Below, one piece after another: positions 47,446 through 56,336 of a DNA stretch of 64,000 nt. Position 1 is the stretch's first letter. Each line of letters starts with the position of its first letter. The translations under genes and the position numbers were made by a program. Under the pieces are notes generated by a model that was not told the origin of the DNA, ran no database searches, and was given only the letters and a program-made list of their open reading frames with translations. The stretch lies in the sequence record LC727698.1, one strand, 5' to 3'.

Positions 47446-48410
47446 CATAATAAAACTAAAGAACGTATGTAACAAAACAGACGTTCTCCTAAGTGTTTTA
47501 AAGTTTTTGCTTAGGAAGACCCAGTTGTATGTTTAAAGGGTGAACGGTAACGGGCATTCTTGTTTAAGACTAGTTCTTATGAAGACATTGGCAACTAACA
47601 TAGCAGCTTTGTTCCATAATTGGATATTGGTAGTAGAAACTATCCCCATCGTGCCTTTACTGTAGTACCGTTAGAGACGGAGATAACGCAGGAAAAAAGG
47701 TTATTTAAATTATGATTTTGGGTGCTGCAGAACACTTTCGTAAACAAAAGGAATATAGTTTACGTATACACAACGGGAACGGGAAAAAGCTTTTTAAGCA
47801 AAAACGAGTCCCTGGTAATTGGTGTTTAACGGGAGTGACGTCCCAAATGTTATTCATCGATTAACACTGTAAGAAGGTTGTAAGGGTTATTGTGTTCGAA
47901 GTGGTTTACACAACTGTTCTTCCTACATTTATGTACAGAAGTGTAAACGAAAGGATGTTGCTCTGGTAGAAAAAGATCAACGTACTTTATGACACTATCC
48001 TTGTGACATATGTACTTGTACCAACAACAGCCGCAGGTTACGGATATGGTATTACAAACTGTACTGCGGTTCCGGGAGTTGAAAGTGGATGTTAGCTTAG
48101 GTGGCTGTTTGCTTAATTATAATGTTTAATTTAGGCAATATAAGCGTCGGGTGAGGCTTTCGTAGGTTGCGTGTTTATGCTACGGTGTAAATGGGCTAGA
48201 CTACTGGCGCATACATGAGTATTGTAGGATTGGCGCTTTAATAAAGAAATTTGTTAAAGTTTGAGTTTAGCTCCCCGCTCATTAGCAATAAACGTTGCTA
48301 GTCGATAGTATACCCACGCCTAAATAATGCCGTCATTGTTTAGTTTTTTTAAAAAATATAATTGTCAATTATATGTCGTACGCATCTACCCCGAAAAGGG
48401 GTAGATGTTT
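47446..48410 (+). ncRNA. Candidate large structured non-coding RNA (~960 nt), family unassigned
   Basis: Strong promoter, no ORF, raised GC with G>C, many local and long-range helices, closing hairpin CATCTACCCC/GGGGTAGATG. Confidence 0.65.
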
Positions 48411-48792
48411 ATGACTTTCGTTTACACTCATGTCATAATCAGTACACGCCATTTTAGGCCATTCTACATCAATACACTGCTAGAAGCAGTGTATTGGACA
48501 TACAAAATAATCTTAAATTATATCAAATTTGTTTAATTACTTTAATCTTGTTACTTTAGTAACTTGTATTTTGTTTATATGAGTTGTAGTTTACGAAAAC
48601 GAATATAAACAAAATACATATGTGAACTGTAGTTCACATACTTACTAACGTTGTATATTACGGTAATTCTATAAAATATCTCTATATAATTATAAACGTT
48701 TTATGGCATACTACGACTGAACGAAATTGAAAATTAACTAGAGATTTAATTAGATAAATAATATTGTAAAAATTGTATAGAGGTATACATCA

Positions 48793-49245
48793 ATGAACGA
48801 TTACACACATTACACAGAGGAAGATTTCATATTTTTAGCATATGATTTAAATACTCAGCTTATAAATGATGGATATCCTGACGCTGCTGTAAAATTTATT
48901 ACTAATCAGTTTATTTTAGAGCATAGACATCCTGACGAAATAAAACGTTGTATAGGATGTAATTCTAAAATGTACGAAGATGTTATTGCTACTAAGAGAA
49001 ATTTATCTGGTAAATCGCATTGCAGACATTGCGAATCGAAACTTAGTATGTATAAGGAAGTTGTTAAAGAAGTAGCAAATACAACACAAATACTTCGCAT
49101 ACCAGAAAAACATTTAAATTCAGTTAAACGATTAATTAGAATATATAATGAGCAAAACAAAACTAGTGCATATCAGAGTATATTAGTTAAAACAAAGAAA
49201 CTTAACACAGGAGTTTCTAAAAAGTCAAAAAGAAAGGGACGTTAA
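48793..49245 (+). CDS. Hypothetical protein with CxxC...CxxC zinc-finger and basic tail
   Basis: CIGC...CRHC; GAGG RBS; GATAAATA at 48754-48761. Confidence 0.75.
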   Translation: MNDYTHYTEEDFIFLAYDLNTQLINDGYPDAAVKFITNQFILEHRHPDEIKRCIGCNSKMYEDVIATKRNLSGKSHCRHCESKLSMYKEVVKEVANTTQILRIPEKHLNSVKRLIRIYNEQNKTSAYQSILVKTKKLNTGVSKKSKRKGR

Positions 49246-49260
49246 TTGTCCCTTTCTTTT
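49229..49260. terminator. Bidirectional intrinsic terminator
   Basis: AAAAGAAAGGGAC/GTCCCTTTCTTTT between convergent genes. Confidence 0.8.
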
Positions 49261-49487
49261 TATAGGAAGCTTCTACCTGTTTCTGCTTCGATTTTTTGTT
49301 TAATAAATTCTCCTAAACGTACCCGCTCTTGATATGATAAAGACCAAGCAGTGTGCCAGTCAAATCCATTAATTTTATCACATATTTGGACTATTTCGCC
49401 TTCTAATCCCAGTGATTCTTGTTCATATTCTTGTATAACGTTCCTAATATCATCTGGGGTTCCCGATACTAGGATTCTCTGAAAAAA
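49260..49487 (-). CDS. -1 frame extension of the gp26-like gene (gp51/gpT-like chaperone part)
   Basis: 73-codon open frame with no ATG/GTG/TTG, entered at slippery T-TTT-TTC (49487-49481). Confidence 0.7.
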   Translation of the reverse strand, partial: FFQRILVSGTPDDIRNVIQEYEQESLGLEGEIVQICDKINGFDWHTAWSLSYQERVRLGEFIKQKIEAETGRSFL

Positions 49488-50323
49488 CTTACTGGGTTAA
49501 AATCTACAGGTACTACAAAACTTTTATTACAGTTGTCGCATACTGCATCAAAGTCGCCATTAACTCCTACTTGATTTATTTCTTTTAAAAGACTATCTAT
49601 TTTATTAACATCTGCTCTATCTATATTTGCTATAAATTCTTTTATATCAGCCAGTGTCTGAGGAGTATTATTAACTATATCTATACCGTTAGTTTCATCT
49701 ACAATACGAACTATTGTTTTTGCAATTAATTCGAAATTTAATGATGACAGTTCATTTATTGTGTTAGAAAATGCAGAAAGTTTTTCTTCATCTGAATACA
49801 TATCGCTTTGCATTATTCTAATAAATTTTGCTTGTTCTAATGCAGTTTTTGCAACTGTCATATTATCTGAAAAATCATATGGTCTAATAAATATAGATAG
49901 ACCGTTATCAAGATTCACGACGTATTGATCTTCTAAATAAGTAGACGTATTAATAACATTTAATAAGTCTATTCCATATAAATTTTTATGATTACAATGC
50001 GGGCACGTAGAAGAAATATCTATTGTGTTACCGTATGATGCTGCTTTTATAGCAACACATATCATATGAATGTCATTAATCAAGAGTTTATTTACATCTT
50101 TAATTCCCGGTACACAACTCTTAATTACTTCTTTTAAGCCTTCACCGTTCACTAATGCATCAGGATTTTTTATTAATACTTCATCTTTTCCTGTCATAGC
50201 ATATACCCCTAGTTCTCCAGAATCGGTGTATTCTACAACATTTGATGGATAAAATGAATTTCCGCTGGGCAAACGAATATAAGATTTGAATGTTCTGTAA
50301 TATTGATGTAATTTGTTGCTCAT
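49469..50323 (-). CDS. gp26: Baseplate hub assembly protein, gp26-like
   Basis: YI.LPS....Y, MT.KDE...KNPDAL.NG, CP.C and C..C motifs. Confidence 0.8.
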   Translation of the reverse strand: MSNKLHQYYRTFKSYIRLPSGNSFYPSNVVEYTDSGELGVYAMTGKDEVLIKNPDALVNGEGLKEVIKSCVPGIKDVNKLLINDIHMICVAIKAASYGNTIDISSTCPHCNHKNLYGIDLLNVINTSTYLEDQYVVNLDNGLSIFIRPYDFSDNMTVAKTALEQAKFIRIMQSDMYSDEEKLSAFSNTINELSSLNFELIAKTIVRIVDETNGIDIVNNTPQTLADIKEFIANIDRADVNKIDSLLKEINQVGVNGDFDAVCDNCNKSFVVPVDFNPVSFFRES

Positions 50324-50392
50324 AATGTGTATATGCTCTTTTGATAAATATGCTATATACCGTATTTATCATAGCATTTTATAGAGGTTCTT

Positions 50393-52789
50393 GTGGCAGA
50401 AGATATTAGAATTGTTGGCGTTGATCCTAGTGTCCCAGGCTGGGCTAGAGAAGAAACTCTTAATAAAATAGTATCTGAGTTAAAAAAACTCAATGGATCT
50501 AATACAAGAGAAAACGACGAACTAAAAGATGCAGTAGATGAACTAGTTAGGGTAACCCGTAGATCTAACGAAGATACATCTAGAACAGATAATAATACTG
50601 AAATAAAAGAAGCATTAAATAGATTATCTTCTTCGTTAAAACAACAGAAAAAATCTGATAATTCTTTATCTGCAAAGCAAGGGGGAAACAAACCTCCCGT
50701 ATTGCCGCCTGACAATAAGAAATCTAAATTAGATACAGATACTATAGGCGCATTTATTACTGCCGTCGGTACTGCTTCAAAGGCAGTAGCAAAATTTACT
50801 TTAAGTATGGCATCTTTTGCAGTTGGCGGAAGTATATATGCTGCATTAAAGCAAGCTGCATCGTCGCAACTTACTTTATCTAGAGATTTATATAAATCAG
50901 GTTGGAACTTCGGAACGGTATTAGACGATGCATCTGGTATTATTAAATCTACCAACTTAGACGGTATTTCGTATGCCATAAAAGGTTTAGGTATAAATTC
51001 ATCTGCACTATCTGAAGTATTAAAAGGCAATGAATTAGCAATACAAAAATACGGAATAAAATCGTTTGTAGATTTGTCTTCTAGCTTAAAAAGACAAGGC
51101 AATAGCTTAGGTATGTCTTTAAAAGAAACAGCAGATTATGTAGGAGAATATTTAGAATCTCAACGTTTAATGGGTACATTTGATAAAATGCGCCAAGTAA
51201 ACATGACTGCCCTTGCATCTAAAGCACTTAAAGATACCCAAGCATTTGCTACTGCATTAAGAATGTCTACAGAAGACCTTCAGGCAAAAATGAATGAAAG
51301 TTTAAAAGATGTAGACTTTCGTGTAGCAATAGAATCAGTTAACGCAAATTCTAAAGAAGCCGCCGCCCAAATTTATGCCGCTTTGCCGGAACAATTGCAA
51401 ACTATGTTTAAGGTAGCTCTTAAAGATACTCCGTCTTTTATGGCATCCAAAGAATACGCCGATTTAATAAAATCCGGGCAAGGAGAATTAGCTAGACAAA
51501 TAATTGCAGTATCATCTGGACTGAAATCTGGTAATATAACTAACGGTCAGGCAGATGATGCAATGAAACGACTTATAAAATCTACTAGTTTTGCAGAAAG
51601 TACAATGCGTAGACTTGCTATGCTAGATGCTCGTGGACTAATAGATAGTAATGTTGCTGCTGCTGCGTATGGATTAAAAGACCTTAGAGATAAAATGGAT
51701 GGTCATTATGAAGGAATCCAAAATACAGAAGCTACAAATTTAGCAAAAGTTGAAGATGTAAGAAATAGAGCATTAGCTGTATTAGATACGTTTGTATCAT
51801 CTATAATGAGGGCAGGATTCGAATCTGATGAATTTGCTAAATTATTAGATAATGCAAATGAAATGTTAAAAACAATTCATAATACAGCAGAAGACTTAGG
51901 TAAACAATTAGGTCCGGAATTATTTAAATTTGTTAACAATGCTATGGAATATCTAAATGGTTTATTTAGTAAAGATGTAGCAGGAAATATAAATGTAAAT
52001 TATTCTAAAATAATAGGAGATATTTTAACAAGTTCCGGTGCTGCTATAGTAGTTGGCGTTCTTGCTATTATGACTACATTTAAAGGTGTTGTTATTTCTT
52101 CGTTATCGTCGTGGCTTAAAGGTGCATCAGGACCTATGTCATCATTAGGTGGCACCGTAAAAACTATAGCAGGAAGATTAGGGGCATTTGCAGCACTAGC
52201 AGTATCGTTTACAAATGGAATAGGTAGATTAAGTCAATCAATTTCGGAAGGCGGCGATGCAATAGAATCTTCATTGAATTTTTTATCGGGCGCCGGCGAA
52301 GGTATAATAGATCCTGTGTTTAAATCCCTTACATGGGCAGCTAACAAATTAGGTATAGTATCTGATGAAGCAGCAGATGGATTTAGTAAATACATCAGTG
52401 ATACTAATTTGCAACAGTTCTTGGGTCTACAAGATATACCTATAAAAGTAGAAACTACTAATAAACCTGCATATACACCGCCTGGACCTACTGCTACTAA
52501 AACATCTGCATACGGTAAAATAGAAACTCCGAAAGCTCCTGCTATAATTCCTACAGCTCAGCCAGATGTCGCAGACGCAGCAAAACAAAGTCCTACTCCT
52601 GTAGATCCTACTAGCAATATAAAGCCTATAGAAAATACAGGAATGAGTTCTCAAGACATGCTAAATAGAAGTACAGATAAACTTATACGTTTACAAGAAG
52701 AACAAATACGACAGTTACAAGAGCTTGTAGATATTCAGCGCAGAGCATTAGCTGCTACTAGAGAAACTGGATTTACAAGAACTAGGTAA
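50393..52789 (+). CDS. Tape-measure-like protein
   Basis: 798-aa Ala/Ser/Lys-rich helical protein with hydrophobic Gly-rich segments; late promoter; adjacent to the chaperone gene. Confidence 0.55.
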   Translation: MAEDIRIVGVDPSVPGWAREETLNKIVSELKKLNGSNTRENDELKDAVDELVRVTRRSNEDTSRTDNNTEIKEALNRLSSSLKQQKKSDNSLSAKQGGNKPPVLPPDNKKSKLDTDTIGAFITAVGTASKAVAKFTLSMASFAVGGSIYAALKQAASSQLTLSRDLYKSGWNFGTVLDDASGIIKSTNLDGISYAIKGLGINSSALSEVLKGNELAIQKYGIKSFVDLSSSLKRQGNSLGMSLKETADYVGEYLESQRLMGTFDKMRQVNMTALASKALKDTQAFATALRMSTEDLQAKMNESLKDVDFRVAIESVNANSKEAAAQIYAALPEQLQTMFKVALKDTPSFMASKEYADLIKSGQGELARQIIAVSSGLKSGNITNGQADDAMKRLIKSTSFAESTMRRLAMLDARGLIDSNVAAAAYGLKDLRDKMDGHYEGIQNTEATNLAKVEDVRNRALAVLDTFVSSIMRAGFESDEFAKLLDNANEMLKTIHNTAEDLGKQLGPELFKFVNNAMEYLNGLFSKDVAGNINVNYSKIIGDILTSSGAAIVVGVLAIMTTFKGVVISSLSSWLKGASGPMSSLGGTVKTIAGRLGAFAALAVSFTNGIGRLSQSISEGGDAIESSLNFLSGAGEGIIDPVFKSLTWAANKLGIVSDEAADGFSKYISDTNLQQFLGLQDIPIKVETTNKPAYTPPGPTATKTSAYGKIETPKAPAIIPTAQPDVADAAKQSPTPVDPTSNIKPIENTGMSSQDMLNRSTDKLIRLQEEQIRQLQELVDIQRRALAATRETGFTRTR

Positions 52790-52818
52790 TAAACACAATA
52801 TATATTGAGATAGAGTAC

Positions 52819-54534
52819 ATGTCTAGTTGGAAAAAACATTTTAAGCCTGCATCAAATTCAGCGCTGCCTATACAAACTAAAAATACATCTGGTTATGCTT
52901 CTGCTGTTTCAAAATATAACACATGGCTTCCTGAAGTTTATATGGGTCCGCCTAATAGATTGGAGCGGTACATTCAATATGAACAAATGGATCTAGATCA
53001 CGAAGTAAACACTGCATTAGATACTATAGCAGAGTTTTCCACACAACCAGACGGTGTAACCGGGTTGCCATTAAATATAAAATTTACAGAAGAACCTACT
53101 GAAACAGAATTAAAAATTTTAACAAAAAGCTTAAAAAGATGGATACATCTTAATAAGTTTGAAGATAGGCTTTTCGGTATTTTTAGATCTACAATAATGT
53201 ATGGAGATCAATTCTTTATAAGAGATCCAGAAACTTACGAATTATATTGGGTAGACCCGCACAAAGTAGAAAAAATAATTGTTAACGAAAGTAAAGGAAA
53301 AGAAATAGAGACCTATTTCATTAAAGATGTCGATTTAAATACTGCAGAGTTAGTAGGATCTAATGTAACTAATAAAATACAAATAGGATACGGAAACACA
53401 GCATCTGCTTTCCCCCAAGCAACTATGGGAATAAATCCTGCAGGACCATACGCATCTGCAAATAATCCTAGTCAGAATGGCTCATTAGCTAACAGCGAAG
53501 CTATGCCGATAAATGCAAAGCATATAGTTCATTTTTCTATGACGGAAGGTATGAATTCTGCGTGGCCGTTTGGTACTAGTGAATTAGAGACTATATTTAA
53601 AGTATATAAGCAAAAAGAAATGCTTGAAGATGCAATGCTTATATATAGAATTCATCGCGCACCAGAAAGACGTGTGTTTATTATTGACACAGGTAACTTA
53701 CCTCCTAACAAAGCTCAGCAAGTGTTAGAGCGCGTTAAATATGAAGTACAACAAAAAAGGATTCCTAATAAAACCGGCGGCGGAAGTAATATTCTAGACT
53801 CGTCATATAACCCTCTTTCTACTCTTGAAGATTATTATTTTGCTCAGTCAGCAGACGGCAGAGGATCGAAAGTAGATGTTTTACCAGGAGGTTCTAATCT
53901 AGGCGAAATAGATGATATGCGTTATTTTAATAATAAAATGATGCGTGCGTTAGGAGTTCCTAGTTCATATCTACCTACAGGACCCGATGATGGTACAGCA
54001 GGGTATAATGACGGAAGAGTAGGAACTGCATATATACAAGAATTTAGATTTAGTGAAAGATGCAAAAGACATCAACGCCAGATAGTAAAAACATTAGATA
54101 AAGAATTTAAACTATATCTTAAGTTTAGTGGCATTACTATAGACAATAGTATATTTAATATAACATTTGTAGAGCCACAAAATTTTGCTAAATATCGACA
54201 AATAGATATGGATTCTGCTCAAGTTGCAGTTTTTAATGGAATTGCTGATGTCCCCTACATAAGTAAGCGGTTTGCATTAAAACGTTATTTAGGTTGGGGA
54301 GAAGCTGAAATTCTAGAAAACGAAAAAATGTATGCAGAAGAACAGAGTCTTAAAAACAAACGTGGTAAAAAAGCTGATGCTGGTATGAGACAAGTGGGTA
54401 TTTCGCCGGCTGCGCTAGCTGGTGTTGGGGAGTTTGATACTAGTGCAGTTAGTGATAGTTCTGACTTTAGTGATGACGATATAGTCGATGATATTGATTT
54501 AGATCAAACAGTAGAAGACTTTGGGAAAGAATAA
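52819..54534 (+). CDS. gp20: Portal protein
   Basis: MLEDAMLIYRI.RAPERRVF.ID.GNLP..KA.Q and EDY.F....GRG..V..LPGG.NLG motifs. Confidence 0.95.
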   Translation: MSSWKKHFKPASNSALPIQTKNTSGYASAVSKYNTWLPEVYMGPPNRLERYIQYEQMDLDHEVNTALDTIAEFSTQPDGVTGLPLNIKFTEEPTETELKILTKSLKRWIHLNKFEDRLFGIFRSTIMYGDQFFIRDPETYELYWVDPHKVEKIIVNESKGKEIETYFIKDVDLNTAELVGSNVTNKIQIGYGNTASAFPQATMGINPAGPYASANNPSQNGSLANSEAMPINAKHIVHFSMTEGMNSAWPFGTSELETIFKVYKQKEMLEDAMLIYRIHRAPERRVFIIDTGNLPPNKAQQVLERVKYEVQQKRIPNKTGGGSNILDSSYNPLSTLEDYYFAQSADGRGSKVDVLPGGSNLGEIDDMRYFNNKMMRALGVPSSYLPTGPDDGTAGYNDGRVGTAYIQEFRFSERCKRHQRQIVKTLDKEFKLYLKFSGITIDNSIFNITFVEPQNFAKYRQIDMDSAQVAVFNGIADVPYISKRFALKRYLGWGEAEILENEKMYAEEQSLKNKRGKKADAGMRQVGISPAALAGVGEFDTSAVSDSSDFSDDDIVDDIDLDQTVEDFGKE

Positions 54535-54755
54535 TGAAAATAAACGATATTATAACAGAAGGTTATTATAATCCTGCAGACGATTCTAGTGCAATTGCAC
54601 ATAAGTCAGACACACGTAGACCTAGACTAACATTTTCTCATTTAAATAAGCTTAGAAAAATGAGAGAATTGCGTAAAGTAGAAACAGAAGAACATTTAGT
54701 GTTAGTTAGACAAATGTATAGCCAGCCGACACAATCGGACGATGCATTTGGATAA
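54534..54755 (+). CDS. Small head-assembly protein
   Basis: Coupled to the portal stop; D.RRPRLT..HLNKLRKMR; T4 gp67/68 position. Confidence 0.55.
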   Translation: MKINDIITEGYYNPADDSSAIAHKSDTRRPRLTFSHLNKLRKMRELRKVETEEHLVLVRQMYSQPTQSDDAFG

Positions 54756-54860
54756 AATTTCTAAAAATGTTAGTTTTTGGGGCATAAATGCCCCTTTTTT
54801 AATATTAAGTGTAAATACCGATATAAATAATATACAACGTTTTCCTAAAGGAGTAAAAAC

Positions 54861-55673
54861 ATGTCTCATCGTAAGGAACTAGAAAAAGTTCTAGATCTTC
54901 TACTAAATGAAAATGCAGAACAAGCTTCGGCATTATTACATCAAATTGTTGTAGCTAAAGCTCGTGATATTTACGAACAAGAATCTGCAGATTTTGAAGA
55001 AGATTTTGTAAATGAAGAAGTAGGTGGCGACAGCCGCGAATCGTTTATCGACGACATTAAATCTGACGAAGAAGAAATCGATGCAGATGAAATGTTTGAT
55101 GATCAGTCTAGCGAATTAAATTCTGAAGATGAAGAAGAAGCTGATGTTGATCAAGATATAGAAGATAAAGTAGAAGATCTAGAAGCTCAGTTAGCTGCAT
55201 TAAAAGCAGAATTTGAAACTCTAGTAAGTCAAGAAGAAGATGAACCGTATCATCCTAATTTAGAACAAGATTTAGATGATGCTGCCGCTGATGCCCTAGA
55301 AAAATTTGAAAGTTTAGAAGAAGCAACTAAGTTTAGTGATTCTGTAAACGTAGATATGAAACAAGAAGGTAAATTAGCAGGAACAGGTAATAAAAGTAAA
55401 ACTGGTTCTGTAGATAAAGAATCACCTTTTAGCAAACCTACTCAAAAGAAAAATTACGGAGTAGATCCTGTTAAATTTGCTAAATCTACTAATCAAGGCG
55501 CTGAAGCTTCAAAGAAAGCAGACGAATCGTGTGATTTGAATACAGAAGCTACTCCTGAAAAAGTTAGCGATCCTGCAATGAAACAAGAAGGTAAATTAGC
55601 AGGAACAGGTAATAAAAGTAAAACTGGTTCTGTAGATAAAGAATCACCCCTATCTAAAGCACCTAAGAAGTAA
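54861..55673 (+). CDS. Acidic prohead core/scaffold-associated protein
   Basis: Asp/Glu-rich; TATAAATA at 54822-54829; position between portal and protease. Confidence 0.65.
   Translation: MSHRKELEKVLDLLLNENAEQASALLHQIVVAKARDIYEQESADFEEDFVNEEVGGDSRESFIDDIKSDEEEIDADEMFDDQSSELNSEDEEEADVDQDIEDKVEDLEAQLAALKAEFETLVSQEEDEPYHPNLEQDLDDAAADALEKFESLEEATKFSDSVNVDMKQEGKLAGTGNKSKTGSVDKESPFSKPTQKKNYGVDPVKFAKSTNQGAEASKKADESCDLNTEATPEKVSDPAMKQEGKLAGTGNKSKTGSVDKESPLSKAPKK
55356..55648 (+). repeat. Perfect 71-bp intragenic direct repeat
   Basis: 55356-55426 identical to 55578-55648 (MKQEGKLAGTGNKSKTGSVDKESP). Confidence 0.95.
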
Positions 55674-55691
55674 TTTAGGATAAGTATAAGT

Positions 55692-56324
55692 ATGGCTAGG
55701 CAGCTTTACGAATATATGTCCCAATCTAAGGGATCGATAATAATAGAACACGGCACCGGACCTGACGGTGCCCGTGATCTATTTATGCGCGGAATATTTA
55801 TTCAAGGTGATGTAAAAAATCATAATCAGCGCATCTATCCCCTACATGAAATATCTCATGCAGTTGAATCAGTAAAAGCAAAAATACAGGAAGGGTTTTC
55901 TGTTTTAGGAGAACTCGATCATCCAGAAGAATTAACTATTAATTTAGACAGAGTGTCTCATATAATCACAGAAATGTGGATGGAAGGCAACTGCGGCTAC
56001 GGCAAATTAAAATTATTAGATACTCCTACTGGAATTATTGCTAAAAGCTTATTAACTGCCGGAGCCAAATTGGGCGTAAGTTCTCGCGGCTCAGGTAATG
56101 TAGGTTATGACGGTGTAGTGAGCGACTTTGATATTGTAACAGTTGACATTGTTGCACAACCGAGCGCGCCTAATGCATATCCTAAACCTATATATGAAAG
56201 TTTATACAACATGAAAGGCGGCGAAATCATTATGGATTTAGCCCGTAACACACCACAGGATCCTAGTGCAGATAAATATCTCAGTAGGGAAATAATAAAA
56301 CTTATATCCGAATTGAAAAAATAG
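55692..56324 (+). CDS. gp21: Prohead protease
   Basis: GIFIQ...N.N.RIYP, GELDHP and GVSSRG.G motifs. Confidence 0.93.
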   Translation: MARQLYEYMSQSKGSIIIEHGTGPDGARDLFMRGIFIQGDVKNHNQRIYPLHEISHAVESVKAKIQEGFSVLGELDHPEELTINLDRVSHIITEMWMEGNCGYGKLKLLDTPTGIIAKSLLTAGAKLGVSSRGSGNVGYDGVVSDFDIVTVDIVAQPSAPNAYPKPIYESLYNMKGGEIIMDLARNTPQDPSADKYLSREIIKLISELKK

Positions 56325-56336
56325 TAGGAGATTTAA

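Noticed and set aside
48026-48078. Group II intron domain V look-alike (AGCCGCAG...CTGCGGTTCCGGGAG)
   Set aside because: Stem length and bulge geometry are non-canonical, no gene is interrupted and no maturase is nearby. Kept only as a helix of the candidate ncRNA; cmsearch with Intron_gpII would settle it.
47446-48410. tmRNA, RNase P RNA, tRNA cluster or group I intron
   Set aside because: I found no tRNA-like termini, GAGGAAAGUCC, T-loop cloverleaves or P7 core motifs by eye.
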